From the IMG/VR virus record IMGVR_UViG_3300037851_000307, positions 51,635-115,634 of that record: a stretch of DNA of 64,000 nucleotides. One strand, 5' to 3'. Below, in pieces: positions 56,684 to 63,923 of this stretch. The position numbers and the translations under genes were made by a program. Source of the stretch: a virus (taxonomy: Duplodnaviria; Heunggongvirae; Uroviricota; Caudoviricetes). The number at the start of each line of letters is the position of its first letter. Position 1 is the first letter of the stretch. The notes beneath the pieces are model-generated. The model worked only from the letters and a program-made list of their open reading frames with translations, was not told the DNA's origin and searched no databases.

Positions 56684-56760
56684 GGTGGACCGCAAGGGAA
56701 TCGAACCCTTCACAGGTGCATTGCAAATGCGCCTCGCCTGCCCTTGGTACATGGCAGCCC
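56684..56760 (-). tRNA. tRNA-Ala-like (anticodon TGC, G3:U70) with atypical D-region
   Basis: Acceptor GGGCTGC/GCGGTCC with a G3·T70 wobble; anticodon loop TTTGCAA; T-arm AAGGG-TTCGATT-CCCTT; A-CCA. The D-arm cannot be paired cleanly. Confidence 0.5.
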
Positions 56761-57028
56761 AAAAAGCTCTTTGCATCGTGGGAATAAAGCCACTTCTATT
56801 GGTGACGATACGCAGAGCGGTTTTTCTTATGTAATTATGTTAGCCGTTGGATTGTTAGAGCGCCGGCTGCGCTATCGTATGTGACCACTGCGGATCAATA
56901 CCCGTAAGTGAACGCACTCCAGCACCGGCAGATTGAATGCCTGTGAGACCTAGAATGTTTATTTTGTTCATTACGTTTTTCATATATACCTAATATACCA
57001 TGTTTTGGTATTAAAACTTAAAAATTTG

Positions 57029-57262
57029 TTATTTTTTTAGTAAAATTTGCTCTATCTCTTGTTCCATAGCTGATGTGAGCAAATCAAAAGCCTCACCGGC
57101 TTCTTCTAATGTTTCATAACGCCAAACTACTAAATTAGTGCCTTGCTTTATTATGTTAAATTCAGTCATATCATAAGGTGGCTGATTGTCTATAACAAAA
57201 AAGAAATCGTTTGCAAGTAGGACTTTATATTTGTTTTTATAAAGATCACCTTTTTTCAGCAT
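57029..57262 (-). CDS. hypothetical small protein
   Basis: 77 aa; start lies in a junction motif. Confidence 0.4.
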   Translation of the reverse strand: MLKKGDLYKNKYKVLLANDFFFVIDNQPPYDMTEFNIIKQGTNLVVWRYETLEEAGEAFDLLTSAMEQEIEQILLKK

Positions 57263-57281
57263 TATCCACCTAGAATTATCT
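57260..57281 (-). promoter_or_regulatory. gene-junction motif variant AGATAATTCTAGGTGGATAATG (instance)
   Basis: Encodes -KIILGG of the upstream ORF and the start of the downstream ORF. Confidence 0.45.
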
Positions 57282-57483
57282 TGTCTGCATGGTCATCTAC
57301 TATCTTTTTCCAGTTTCTGTTAAGAAGACCAACCAACCACATTCTTTGTCCTTTTGACGTCATGTAAAGACTGTCATCGTGTATCCAACGAACTTCATAT
57401 TCGCTATATGTACCTTCATGATAACCAGGTATATGGCGTATGAACTTTATATATAGATATGGACTCCAATCATATTCTTCCAT
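57262..57483 (-). CDS. small protein ending -KIILGG
   Basis: 73 aa. Confidence 0.45.
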   Translation of the reverse strand: MEEYDWSPYLYIKFIRHIPGYHEGTYSEYEVRWIHDDSLYMTSKGQRMWLVGLLNRNWKKIVDDHADKIILGG

Positions 57484-57860
57484 TACTCTTCCAACAAAAT
57501 TTTATCGATTCGGTCGATTTTTTCTTGAGCTCTTCTTTCCATAATATCAAACATTTTATCTACATTGTCGCTTTTTAATGCTTTGCGCCCCCAATGGCAT
57601 TTCATAACAATTGCTTTTTCTTCTTTATCAACTAGATAGTACCTATATTCAGAGCGATGAGCATCATACATCTCAATATGCTTACCATTGACAGTACATA
57701 TGCCTCGCTTACCATAAGAGACGCATATCATTTGGTAATAATCGTTTTCTGCAAAAACAGAAGCATGCTTATGGTTTTTAAACCTTTGAATTGCAAAATT
57801 ATCTTCATCAACAACGTTTAATGTCCAAAAACTAGTTATTGTGTTGTTATCAACGCTCAT
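57483..57860 (-). CDS. hypothetical protein
   Basis: 125 aa. Confidence 0.45.
   Translation of the reverse strand: MSVDNNTITSFWTLNVVDEDNFAIQRFKNHKHASVFAENDYYQMICVSYGKRGICTVNGKHIEMYDAHRSEYRYYLVDKEEKAIVMKCHWGRKALKSDNVDKMFDIMERRAQEKIDRIDKILLEE
57505..57514 (-). promoter_or_regulatory. ACCGAATCGA motif instance
   Basis: About 25 nt upstream of the 57262..57483 start. Confidence 0.4.
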
Positions 57861-58089
57861 CTTCTCCCCCTAAAATAATCTTCTCTGCTTTTTCAACTAC
57901 GGTTTTATAGACCCTTCGAGCTTTACGCACTGCAGCACCTACAGATCTTTCACCTTGGCCATATCTCTTACCGGTATGAACGCAGAAAACACCCCAGTAG
58001 AAGTTTCTAAACTCATGATATCCTTTTACCTTAAAGTGGTACTCCCAAGCTTCAGTTTTCTTAAGATCTTCTAATAAATCGTCACTCAT
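57850..58089 (-). CDS. small protein ending -KIILGGEDER
   Basis: 79 aa. Confidence 0.45.
   Translation of the reverse strand: MSDDLLEDLKKTEAWEYHFKVKGYHEFRNFYWGVFCVHTGKRYGQGERSVGAAVRKARRVYKTVVEKAEKIILGGEDER
57858..57880 (-). promoter_or_regulatory. gene-junction motif (instance)
   Basis: AGATTATTTTAGGGGGAGAAGATG. Confidence 0.45.
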
Positions 58090-58441
58090 GAAAAATTATA
58101 CTTTCTATCTCTTCTTCAAGATACTTAATGTAACTAGGTCCATGTGTATAAATCCAATAGTAACAATCTGCTGTAACTCTACCTTCCCCATCAACATAGT
58201 AATTATCTATGTTTTCATCTTCTGTTAAGTACCATCCATCGACTCTTTCACCAGAAATTTTGGAGAAAACACCAAACAAAACACAAGGTGCACTTAATGG
58301 TTTTTTTAAACCTATTGATTCAATTGTTTCAACTGGAATAATGTCAAAGTGGTGCAATATGGGTTTAGCTTTGTCATAATACTGAACGCCATCAGTATTA
58401 GGCACTTCTTTCATTTCTTCTTCAGTAGGTTTGCGTCTCAT
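58082..58441 (-). CDS. hypothetical protein
   Basis: 119 aa. Confidence 0.45.
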   Translation of the reverse strand: MRRKPTEEEMKEVPNTDGVQYYDKAKPILHHFDIIPVETIESIGLKKPLSAPCVLFGVFSKISGERVDGWYLTEDENIDNYYVDGEGRVTADCYYWIYTHGPSYIKYLEEEIESIIFHE

Positions 58442-58697
58442 ACTGTTTCCAAAGCAGTTCTCGTGCCTTTTTAGCTTCTTCTGTTAATGGTACGTTTTCT
58501 TTCAACTCAGTCATTAAATCAGGATACTTAGGAGAGAATTCTCTAAAGAACATCAGTATATTTTCTGAGTTGTACTTTGCAAAAAGCTTTATCGCTGTAA
58601 TTTGCTCATCATACGACATGCTTTTTAAAGCTTCAACCATCTGTTGTTCTGTGATTGCTTTATTTTTACACTTTTCATAAAAATCACTCAATGTCAT
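58422..58697 (-). CDS. hypothetical protein
   Basis: 91 aa. Confidence 0.4.
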   Translation of the reverse strand: MTLSDFYEKCKNKAITEQQMVEALKSMSYDEQITAIKLFAKYNSENILMFFREFSPKYPDLMTELKENVPLTEEAKKARELLWKQYETQTY

Positions 58698-58902
58698 CTT
58701 GTACCCCTAATATCTCTAAGTCAACCATGTGGTCTTGATACTCAGCAAACAAATCGTTAACAGCTTTAATGTAGTCTTTCTCTAAACCAGGTGGGAACCA
58801 AGTCTTAAGACCCCAAAAATGCCAATAGGCATCCTTAGTGGACATATCCCTCACTTGCTCTTTAAGGGTTTTCTTGTAATCATCTACAGTGACATGTATC
58901 AT
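58684..58902 (-). CDS. hypothetical protein
   Basis: 72 aa; motif about 45 nt upstream. Confidence 0.4.
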   Translation of the reverse strand: MIHVTVDDYKKTLKEQVRDMSTKDAYWHFWGLKTWFPPGLEKDYIKAVNDLFAEYQDHMVDLEILGVQDDIE

Positions 58903-58938
58903 TTTAACCGACCCGTATGAAAAAACAATAATTTTTTA

Positions 58939-58966
58939 TACTTTTTACTCGAATCGGTAAAAAGTA
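58939..58966. promoter_or_regulatory. palindromic element TACTTTTTAC-TCGAATCGG-TAAAAAGTA containing the ACCGATTCGA core, followed by TGGTATACT
   Basis: Inverted repeat around the motif core; could act bidirectionally (minus gene 58684..58902 and plus-strand tRNA cluster). Confidence 0.4.
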
Positions 58967-59068
58967 TGGTATACTAGAGGATATATGACAAACGCAATCT
59001 ACAACCTATTCGAATCTAAATCGAAACGCTACGAGCGTAAGGTGTGCGTTTGTGTCTTTACGTAATCG

Positions 59069-59090
59069 AAACGCACACCAAGTCTTTTCA
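59069..59090 (+). other. long hairpin GGTGTGCGTTT…AAACGCACACC upstream of the plus-strand tRNA cluster
   Basis: 11-bp inverted repeat. Coordinates are approximate: the element spans about 59,040 to 59,095. Confidence 0.35.
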
Positions 59091-59124
59091 CGCTCACAAC
59101 TTAATTACGTTATTTAAAATATAG

Positions 59125-59202
59125 TGATGCGTGGTGTTTAATGGCAAGCATTTCTGGCTCTTAACCAGTAGGGTATAGGTTCGAATCCTATCGCATCAAC
59201 CA
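59125..59202 (+). tRNA. tRNA-Lys (anticodon CTT)
   Basis: Acceptor TGATGCG/CGCATCA; D-arm GTGT-(10-nt loop)-GCAT; anticodon loop CTCTTAA; T-arm ATAGG-TTCGAAT-CCTAT; A-CCA. Confidence 0.7.
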
Positions 59203-59208
59203 ATTTAT

Positions 59209-59285
59209 TGGCTCATGGTGTTTAACGGTAGCATTCTAGACTTTTAATCTACGGGGTCTCGGTTCGAATCCGAGTGGGCCAACCA
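59209..59285 (+). tRNA. tRNA-Lys (anticodon TTT)
   Basis: Paralog of the previous tRNA; anticodon loop CTTTTAA; T-arm CTCGG-TTCGAAT-CCGAG; A-CCA. Confidence 0.7.
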
Positions 59286-59297
59286 TTTTATGTTTAG

Positions 59298-59372
59298 GGC
59301 GTCATCGACTACTGGCTAGGTCACCAAGCTTTCACCTTGGAGAAGCGGGATCGATACCCGCTGACGCCTCCA
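59298..59372 (+). tRNA. tRNA-Glu (anticodon TTC)
   Basis: Acceptor GGCGTCA/TGACGCC; D-arm GACT-ACTGGCTA-GGTC; anticodon arm CCAAG-CTTTCAC-CTTGG (perfect); T-arm GCGGG-ATCGATA-CCCGC; T-CCA. Confidence 0.75.
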
Positions 59373-59598
59373 ATTTTTTCTTATTAAATCTCTCAAGGTT
59401 TCTTTTTCTATTCTCTTCAATTTCTTCTTCTGTGTAAACATACGCAGGGTGATTTGTCATAAAGACACCAAATACCCAAAAATTTAACTCCCAATAATCG
59501 CCATCATAATAATCATGCTTATATCCCCACTCTGGTTGCTTATGTATTGCGCAAAAATAAATCGCTATGCAGCGTTCTTTTGAGTTATAAATTCTCAT
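59332..59598 (-). CDS. hypothetical protein (3' end overlaps tRNA-Glu on the opposite strand)
   Basis: 88 aa. Confidence 0.4.
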   Translation of the reverse strand: MRIYNSKERCIAIYFCAIHKQPEWGYKHDYYDGDYWELNFWVFGVFMTNHPAYVYTEEEIEENRKRNLERFNKKKLEASAGIDPASPR

Positions 59599-60005
59599 CC
59601 AAAAACAATCTCCTCAAATAACTCTGTCATTATCTCTCGCGCTTCTTCAACGATAATATCTCTAGCAGCTTGATCGTCTCTAGAATAACTCCATTTTTCT
59701 TTATTCTTTTTCTTATTGAGTCCTTCAAACGCCGCAGTACTAGCAGCAGACCATTGCACTTTAAGTCCTTCTGGGTCTGCAAATATCTGATTGTAAACTT
59801 CTTCAAACTTATCAATCAAAGAATCCTCTGACTCAGAGATTAGACCTCTGTTGCCAACAATGAGCATTTTCATAAGTTGATCTTCGTGAAACTCTTCGCA
59901 AGAAAGTTTATACATAGCAATGAAATAAGCTATCCTCTTTTTCATCTGAGGGGCTTGCTCTAGATGCTTAATTCTTCTTTTCTTGCCTTTAAACTTCTTG
60001 CTCAT
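59595..60005 (-). CDS. hypothetical protein
   Basis: 136 aa. Confidence 0.45.
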   Translation of the reverse strand: MSKKFKGKKRRIKHLEQAPQMKKRIAYFIAMYKLSCEEFHEDQLMKMLIVGNRGLISESEDSLIDKFEEVYNQIFADPEGLKVQWSAASTAAFEGLNKKKNKEKWSYSRDDQAARDIIVEEAREIMTELFEEIVFG

Positions 60006-60322
60006 AATGTATTCAAGAATCTTTCTAAGCCTTTAAGCTCACTTTGAAGAGATGGAAACTTAGGCATGTTTCTCGTTGTTCTTTTAGGTATGTAACCATC
60101 AGGATAAGCTCCGTGAATTACTTTTTCTTGCAGAAGCTCATAAGACGAGCCACTGATAGCTGGAGCTTGCATAGTACCCAAACCTGGGTCAACTCCATGG
60201 CAATGCATGCAGCTCATTCTATAAATATCCCTGCCTCTTTCAAGCAGGGCTTCATCGTAATAGTATTTAACTTTTGTTTCTCGACATCCAGTTAAAAATA
60301 AAAGTACGAATAGATATTTCAT
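60002..60322 (-). CDS. c-type cytochrome lipoprotein (class I, CxxCH)
   Basis: Lipobox 'LLFLTGC'; haem-binding 'CMHCHG'; downstream '…PAISG…YELL…NMPKF' fits the mono-haem cytochrome c (c553/c6-like) pattern. Confidence 0.55.
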   Translation of the reverse strand: MKYLFVLLFLTGCRETKVKYYYDEALLERGRDIYRMSCMHCHGVDPGLGTMQAPAISGSSYELLQEKVIHGAYPDGYIPKRTTRNMPKFPSLQSELKGLERFLNTL

Positions 60323-60537
60323 AAGTCGCCAACCAATATTATCCTATCTACCAAATCATTTTCAAAGTTTCGTTTCATGCGGGCATATTTTTGAGGGTTT
60401 TTGCGACTAGTAACTTTTATTCTCGCTGCACAACTCTTAGAGCACGAACGTGACCAGCCTCTCTTTAAATCTGCAGTTCTAGCTTTAAACAAACCACAGC
60501 AAGCTATGCATCTTATCTCAATGATCTTACCTCTCAT
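60319..60537 (-). CDS. small basic Cys-rich protein ending -RIILVGDL
   Basis: 72 aa. Confidence 0.4.
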   Translation of the reverse strand: MRGKIIEIRCIACCGLFKARTADLKRGWSRSCSKSCAARIKVTSRKNPQKYARMKRNFENDLVDRIILVGDL

Positions 60538-60866
60538 AGAGGTATATACCCATGCTTGATTGTTTCGCTTATTTCTTTAACATCGTCAAACACTCTGTGG
60601 GGCTTGCACATAGCAAAATCTACTTCTTTTTCTAAGCCAAGAGCTTTTACTACTTTTTCTGCCCACTCGTGACCAGATGCAGACCAAACCACAACTGTCC
60701 AGCCTAACGTATTGTAATCTTTAATTTTTTGAACATGCTTAGTGTGAACTTGAAACACACGATCGTTGATGGTTACTTCTGGTAAAGTTCTATCAACTTT
60801 ATACCACATTATTAAAGTATCATCACAGTCGAAAAAAGCAACTCTATCTGATTTAATCGTTACCAC
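60534..60866 (-). CDS. HAD-like small phosphatase
   Basis: Motif I 'AFFDCDDTL'; 'VVVWSASG' motif II-like. Confidence 0.45.
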   Translation of the reverse strand: MVTIKSDRVAFFDCDDTLIMWYKVDRTLPEVTINDRVFQVHTKHVQKIKDYNTLGWTVVVWSASGHEWAEKVVKALGLEKEVDFAMCKPHRVFDDVKEISETIKHGYIPL

Positions 60867-61092
60867 TTTCGCCCCCTAAGATAATTACATCTACTTGGTT
60901 TTTTATTGATTTTGCCATATAATCACATATAGCAACACAAAACGTATAATCTTTGCTGCGTGCCTCAACTATAAAATTTCTTGAACTTTTACAGAGTATT
61001 CTATATTCTTTGTTGCCGCTTGAACCACGACCTTGAAGTTCATAGAACTCATTTTCAAAAGCTTTATACCACCGACTGGTAGCTCTACCCAT
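60853..61092 (-). CDS. small protein ending -VIILGGESGND
   Basis: 79 aa. Confidence 0.4.
   Translation of the reverse strand: MGRATSRWYKAFENEFYELQGRGSSGNKEYRILCKSSRNFIVEARSKDYTFCVAICDYMAKSIKNQVDVIILGGESGND
60864..60888 (-). promoter_or_regulatory. gene-junction motif (instance)
   Basis: TAATTATCTTAGGGGGCGAAAGTG. Confidence 0.4.
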
Positions 61093-61288
61093 TTTCTACA
61101 CCTAAGATAATCTCTTCAATCTCTTGCTCTTCAAATCTCTTGTGGTCTTTGAGCCAAACTTCTGCAGCTTCTTCACAAGAAAAACCAGGAGTTATTTGAT
61201 CACCGTTCTCAAATACAACCCAGCCTTGCTCATGTCTGCACCAGTTTATCTCAAAGCGATTCATTAGTAATCGCCCTTTTCTATGCAA
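61085..61288 (-). CDS. small protein ending -EIILGVENG
   Basis: 67 aa. Confidence 0.4.
   Translation of the reverse strand: MHRKGRLLMNRFEINWCRHEQGWVVFENGDQITPGFSCEEAAEVWLKDHKRFEEQEIEEIILGVENG
61090..61113 (-). promoter_or_regulatory. gene-junction motif (instance)
   Basis: AGATTATCTTAGGTGTAGAAAATG. Confidence 0.45.
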
Positions 61289-61488
61289 GCAGAAAGCTTT
61301 TTAGCATAATCAAACTGATCACCGTCTGTTACGCATTTAACTAATTTTTGATGGCATTGTTTGTTTGCGTCTTTGACTTCTTTGTAAACAGCAGTCGTAT
61401 TTGAAGGATTAGTTTGGCAGAACACTGCGATTGCTAATAGTATGTTTGCTAACATTATTTCTCCAATAAAGAAGCTAAGTGGTTCCAC
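61264..61488 (-). CDS. small secreted Cys-containing protein
   Basis: Signal-peptide-like 'IMLANILLAIAVFCQT'. Confidence 0.4.
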   Translation of the reverse strand: MEPLSFFIGEIMLANILLAIAVFCQTNPSNTTAVYKEVKDANKQCHQKLVKCVTDGDQFDYAKKLSACIEKGDY

Positions 61489-61943
61489 ATATCTTCGTGT
61501 TGACCAGGAGTGTAAAGTGCTTCTTTAAAACCTTCCCACTCTTTTTTATACATTTTAAATCTTGAATCTCTGTAGCGAATACATGCCTCCACATTCGCTA
61601 TCCTGTCTGCGAGCTTCAATATGATAGCGTTTGGAGTAGTTTTGATCTTATGATAAGTAGCAGCATGGCGCGCTGCTCTGTTTACGCCAGCTTCGTTTGT
61701 TACGGCGTAAACTAAAGCAGCAACACCATCACCAAAATCAGACTTTATTTGATCTATTGTTGTAGGGGTATCTTCTACTACATCGTGTAGCCACGCTGCA
61801 ATAATTAGCTCTTCTTGAGTAAACCCAAATCGACGCAAAACTTTCTCTACATCATATAGATGCTCTGTGTAACCACCAGAACCGTAGCTCTGGCTTTTGT
61901 GTGCCTCAGATGCGAAAAGTTTTGCATGCTCCAATGTGCTCAT
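61455..61943 (-). CDS. HD-domain (p)ppGpp hydrolase-like protein (small alarmone hydrolase family)
   Basis: 'AHKSQ…GGYTEHLY…AAWLHDVVEDT…LKLADRIANV' matches the RelA/SpoT HD hydrolase motifs. Confidence 0.65.
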   Translation of the reverse strand: MSTLEHAKLFASEAHKSQSYGSGGYTEHLYDVEKVLRRFGFTQEELIIAAWLHDVVEDTPTTIDQIKSDFGDGVAALVYAVTNEAGVNRAARHAATYHKIKTTPNAIILKLADRIANVEACIRYRDSRFKMYKKEWEGFKEALYTPGQHEDMWNHLASLLEK

Positions 61944-62227
61944 ATGCTATAGATAGGTTTTCTTTTAAAGACTTTTGGTAGTTGTTTCTTTTCACGTATG
62001 TCAGGAAACTTCCTACGCCTATCTTCCTTTTTCTTAAGTTTGTGATTTGCGTCCATCTCTTTACAGAGATGATCAAAGACTTGCACTTTCTTCATGTTGA
62101 AGTCTGTGTCAGTGAGTTGATCGCGCACGATTGCACCACCCATACACCCTACGTAAAAGTCAGATGGTTCCGTAGTGGCGCAAGAAGTAAATGCTGTTAA
62201 CATTAAAAGTATTAACAGCTTTTTCAT
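61940..62227 (-). CDS. lipoprotein
   Basis: 'LLMLTAFTSC' lipobox. Confidence 0.45.
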   Translation of the reverse strand: MKKLLILLMLTAFTSCATTEPSDFYVGCMGGAIVRDQLTDTDFNMKKVQVFDHLCKEMDANHKLKKKEDRRRKFPDIREKKQLPKVFKRKPIYSI

Positions 62228-62425
62228 TACTTATCGTCTTTCTTTTGAGTTGCTTCTTTGTAAGCTTTTACACAAAGCATCACGATAAGAACCGTACAAG
62301 CGATGATTAAAGATGATAGTGCTACAGTTACTAATACTGGCATATTTCCTCCTGTTTATACAACCTAAGTTGTATTGTACTTTCGTACAAATTTATGGGG
62401 TTGCATTGCGCAACCCCTAAGTGGC

Positions 62426-63622
62426 TTACTTCTTTTTAGGGTCAGCCATCTCTTTAGATAGATCATGGAAGGCTTTTAAGCCGATAACATCGAAAGGATT
62501 AAGTGCGCCATGGTTACCACCGCCACCACCGATGATCATCGTAGATGGAAGTTGTACCTTAGCGAGTTGCTCAGCGACACCGATCGCAGTATCTTTCTCG
62601 ATAGTAGCGCGTTCAAGAGGTGTAAGACCAGCTTGAACCTTTAAGCGGTTGATTTCAGCGAGAGCTTTACCTTTTACAATATCAGCTGCAGCTTCCTCTT
62701 TAGCTTTTTGGGCGTTAAGTTTAGCAACCTCAAACTCTTTCTGAGCGATAGTAACCTCTTTGATTTTTTCAACCTCTTGGTTAGCTTTTTCCTCAGCGAT
62801 ACGCGCAGCACCTTGTTCACGTGCAGTAATAGCATCTTGCTTAGCTTTTTCTGCGTTAGCTCGAGCTACGACCTTTTGCTGTTCAGCTTCTTTCTTTTTA
62901 GCGATGAGTGCGTCGATAGTTTGATCAAAGTCGATGTCTTTAATCACGAACTGAATAACCTCAATACCGTACTGCTTAAGAGGAGATTCTTTTCTGATGA
63001 CAGGTTGACCTTTTTCATCTTTTTTAACGTTAACTTCCGCTACGATAAACTCATTACCGTCTGCATCTTTCTCTTTAAACTCTTTAGAAGCTGTTTCAAA
63101 GATACCCAAGATGACTTGATCTTCGGCAATATCTGTGAACTCAGAGCGTCGCGTAGAGTATGAGTCTTCAGCTCGCATTAGAGGTGCAGTTTGCATGAGC
63201 GCTTCTGTGACCACTTGGCGCATCAAGGCATGCTTGATAGCTTCAAATGATTTAAAGTCACGATGTAGTGCTAAGCGTTTATTAGGATCTGTAGGCATTC
63301 TGAACTTAATCATTCCTGAGATCTCTGCAGTACCACCGTCGTTGAACCTCACTTTGATCGCGTCAGATAGACTGTCACCTTCTCCCTCTGTTTTTGAGAA
63401 GTAATACTCATCAGAGATTTTATAGGTGGTGATTCCACCAAACATCTGAAAGTATGTACCGGGGTCACCGATTACCACCATCTCACCGGACATGGCTGTC
63501 TGCTTGATCTGATAATAACCTGCGTCGTTCGTTTCTAACACATATTTACTGGTGGTAACGACTGTCACCAATAAAATAATGCCAGCAATAATAGCCAGCG
63601 GTCCTCTTAAAATACCGTTCAT
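62426..63622 (-). CDS. SPFH/band-7 family membrane protein
   Basis: N-terminal TM helix, SPFH-like core, long Ala/Lys/Glu coiled coil (AKKKEAEQQKVVARANAEKAKQDAITAREQ…). Confidence 0.55.
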   Translation of the reverse strand: MNGILRGPLAIIAGIILLVTVVTTSKYVLETNDAGYYQIKQTAMSGEMVVIGDPGTYFQMFGGITTYKISDEYYFSKTEGEGDSLSDAIKVRFNDGGTAEISGMIKFRMPTDPNKRLALHRDFKSFEAIKHALMRQVVTEALMQTAPLMRAEDSYSTRRSEFTDIAEDQVILGIFETASKEFKEKDADGNEFIVAEVNVKKDEKGQPVIRKESPLKQYGIEVIQFVIKDIDFDQTIDALIAKKKEAEQQKVVARANAEKAKQDAITAREQGAARIAEEKANQEVEKIKEVTIAQKEFEVAKLNAQKAKEEAAADIVKGKALAEINRLKVQAGLTPLERATIEKDTAIGVAEQLAKVQLPSTMIIGGGGGNHGALNPFDVIGLKAFHDLSKEMADPKKK

Positions 63623-63665
63623 CTATCCTCCTTATTAAAGGGTTTGGTTTTTGTTTCGTGTAACT

Positions 63666-63923
63666 TCATCGATTCGGTGCAGTATCCCAAGCGCCATACT
63701 TGTCAACAAGCTCTTTACAGAGAGTCTCAGCAGGTTCTTTACCTAAAAGGGCGTCACTTGTTTCAGGAATTAAAGCTCCTTGTTCTAAGAGTGTTACTTG
63801 AGTTTTTACTGCACCATAGACGCAGGACTGAAAAGAAAGCTCTTTTAGTTGTTCTGCAGTCGGTCCTACGTTTCTTGTGCAGCCCACTGCGAACAGCAGG
63901 CTACATATTAGTAAGTATTTCAT
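63666..63923 (-). CDS. lipoprotein
   Basis: 'LLFAVGC' lipobox. Confidence 0.4.
   Translation of the reverse strand: MKYLLICSLLFAVGCTRNVGPTAEQLKELSFQSCVYGAVKTQVTLLEQGALIPETSDALLGKEPAETLCKELVDKYGAWDTAPNR
63669..63678 (-). promoter_or_regulatory. ACCGAATCGA motif instance
   Basis: About 45 nt upstream of the 62426..63622 start. Confidence 0.4.

Noticed and set aside
56516-56884. 122-aa plus-strand ORF from the six-frame track
   Set aside because: It runs through a minus-strand tRNA-like gene and a structured non-coding region; no RBS; likely spurious.
56684-56960. Group I intron-interrupted tRNA hypothesis for the T-arm/acceptor fragment at 56684..56735
   Set aside because: A contiguous 77-nt tRNA-Ala-like fold (with G3:U70) explains the 3' half without an intron, and no separated 5' exon was found within 300 nt.
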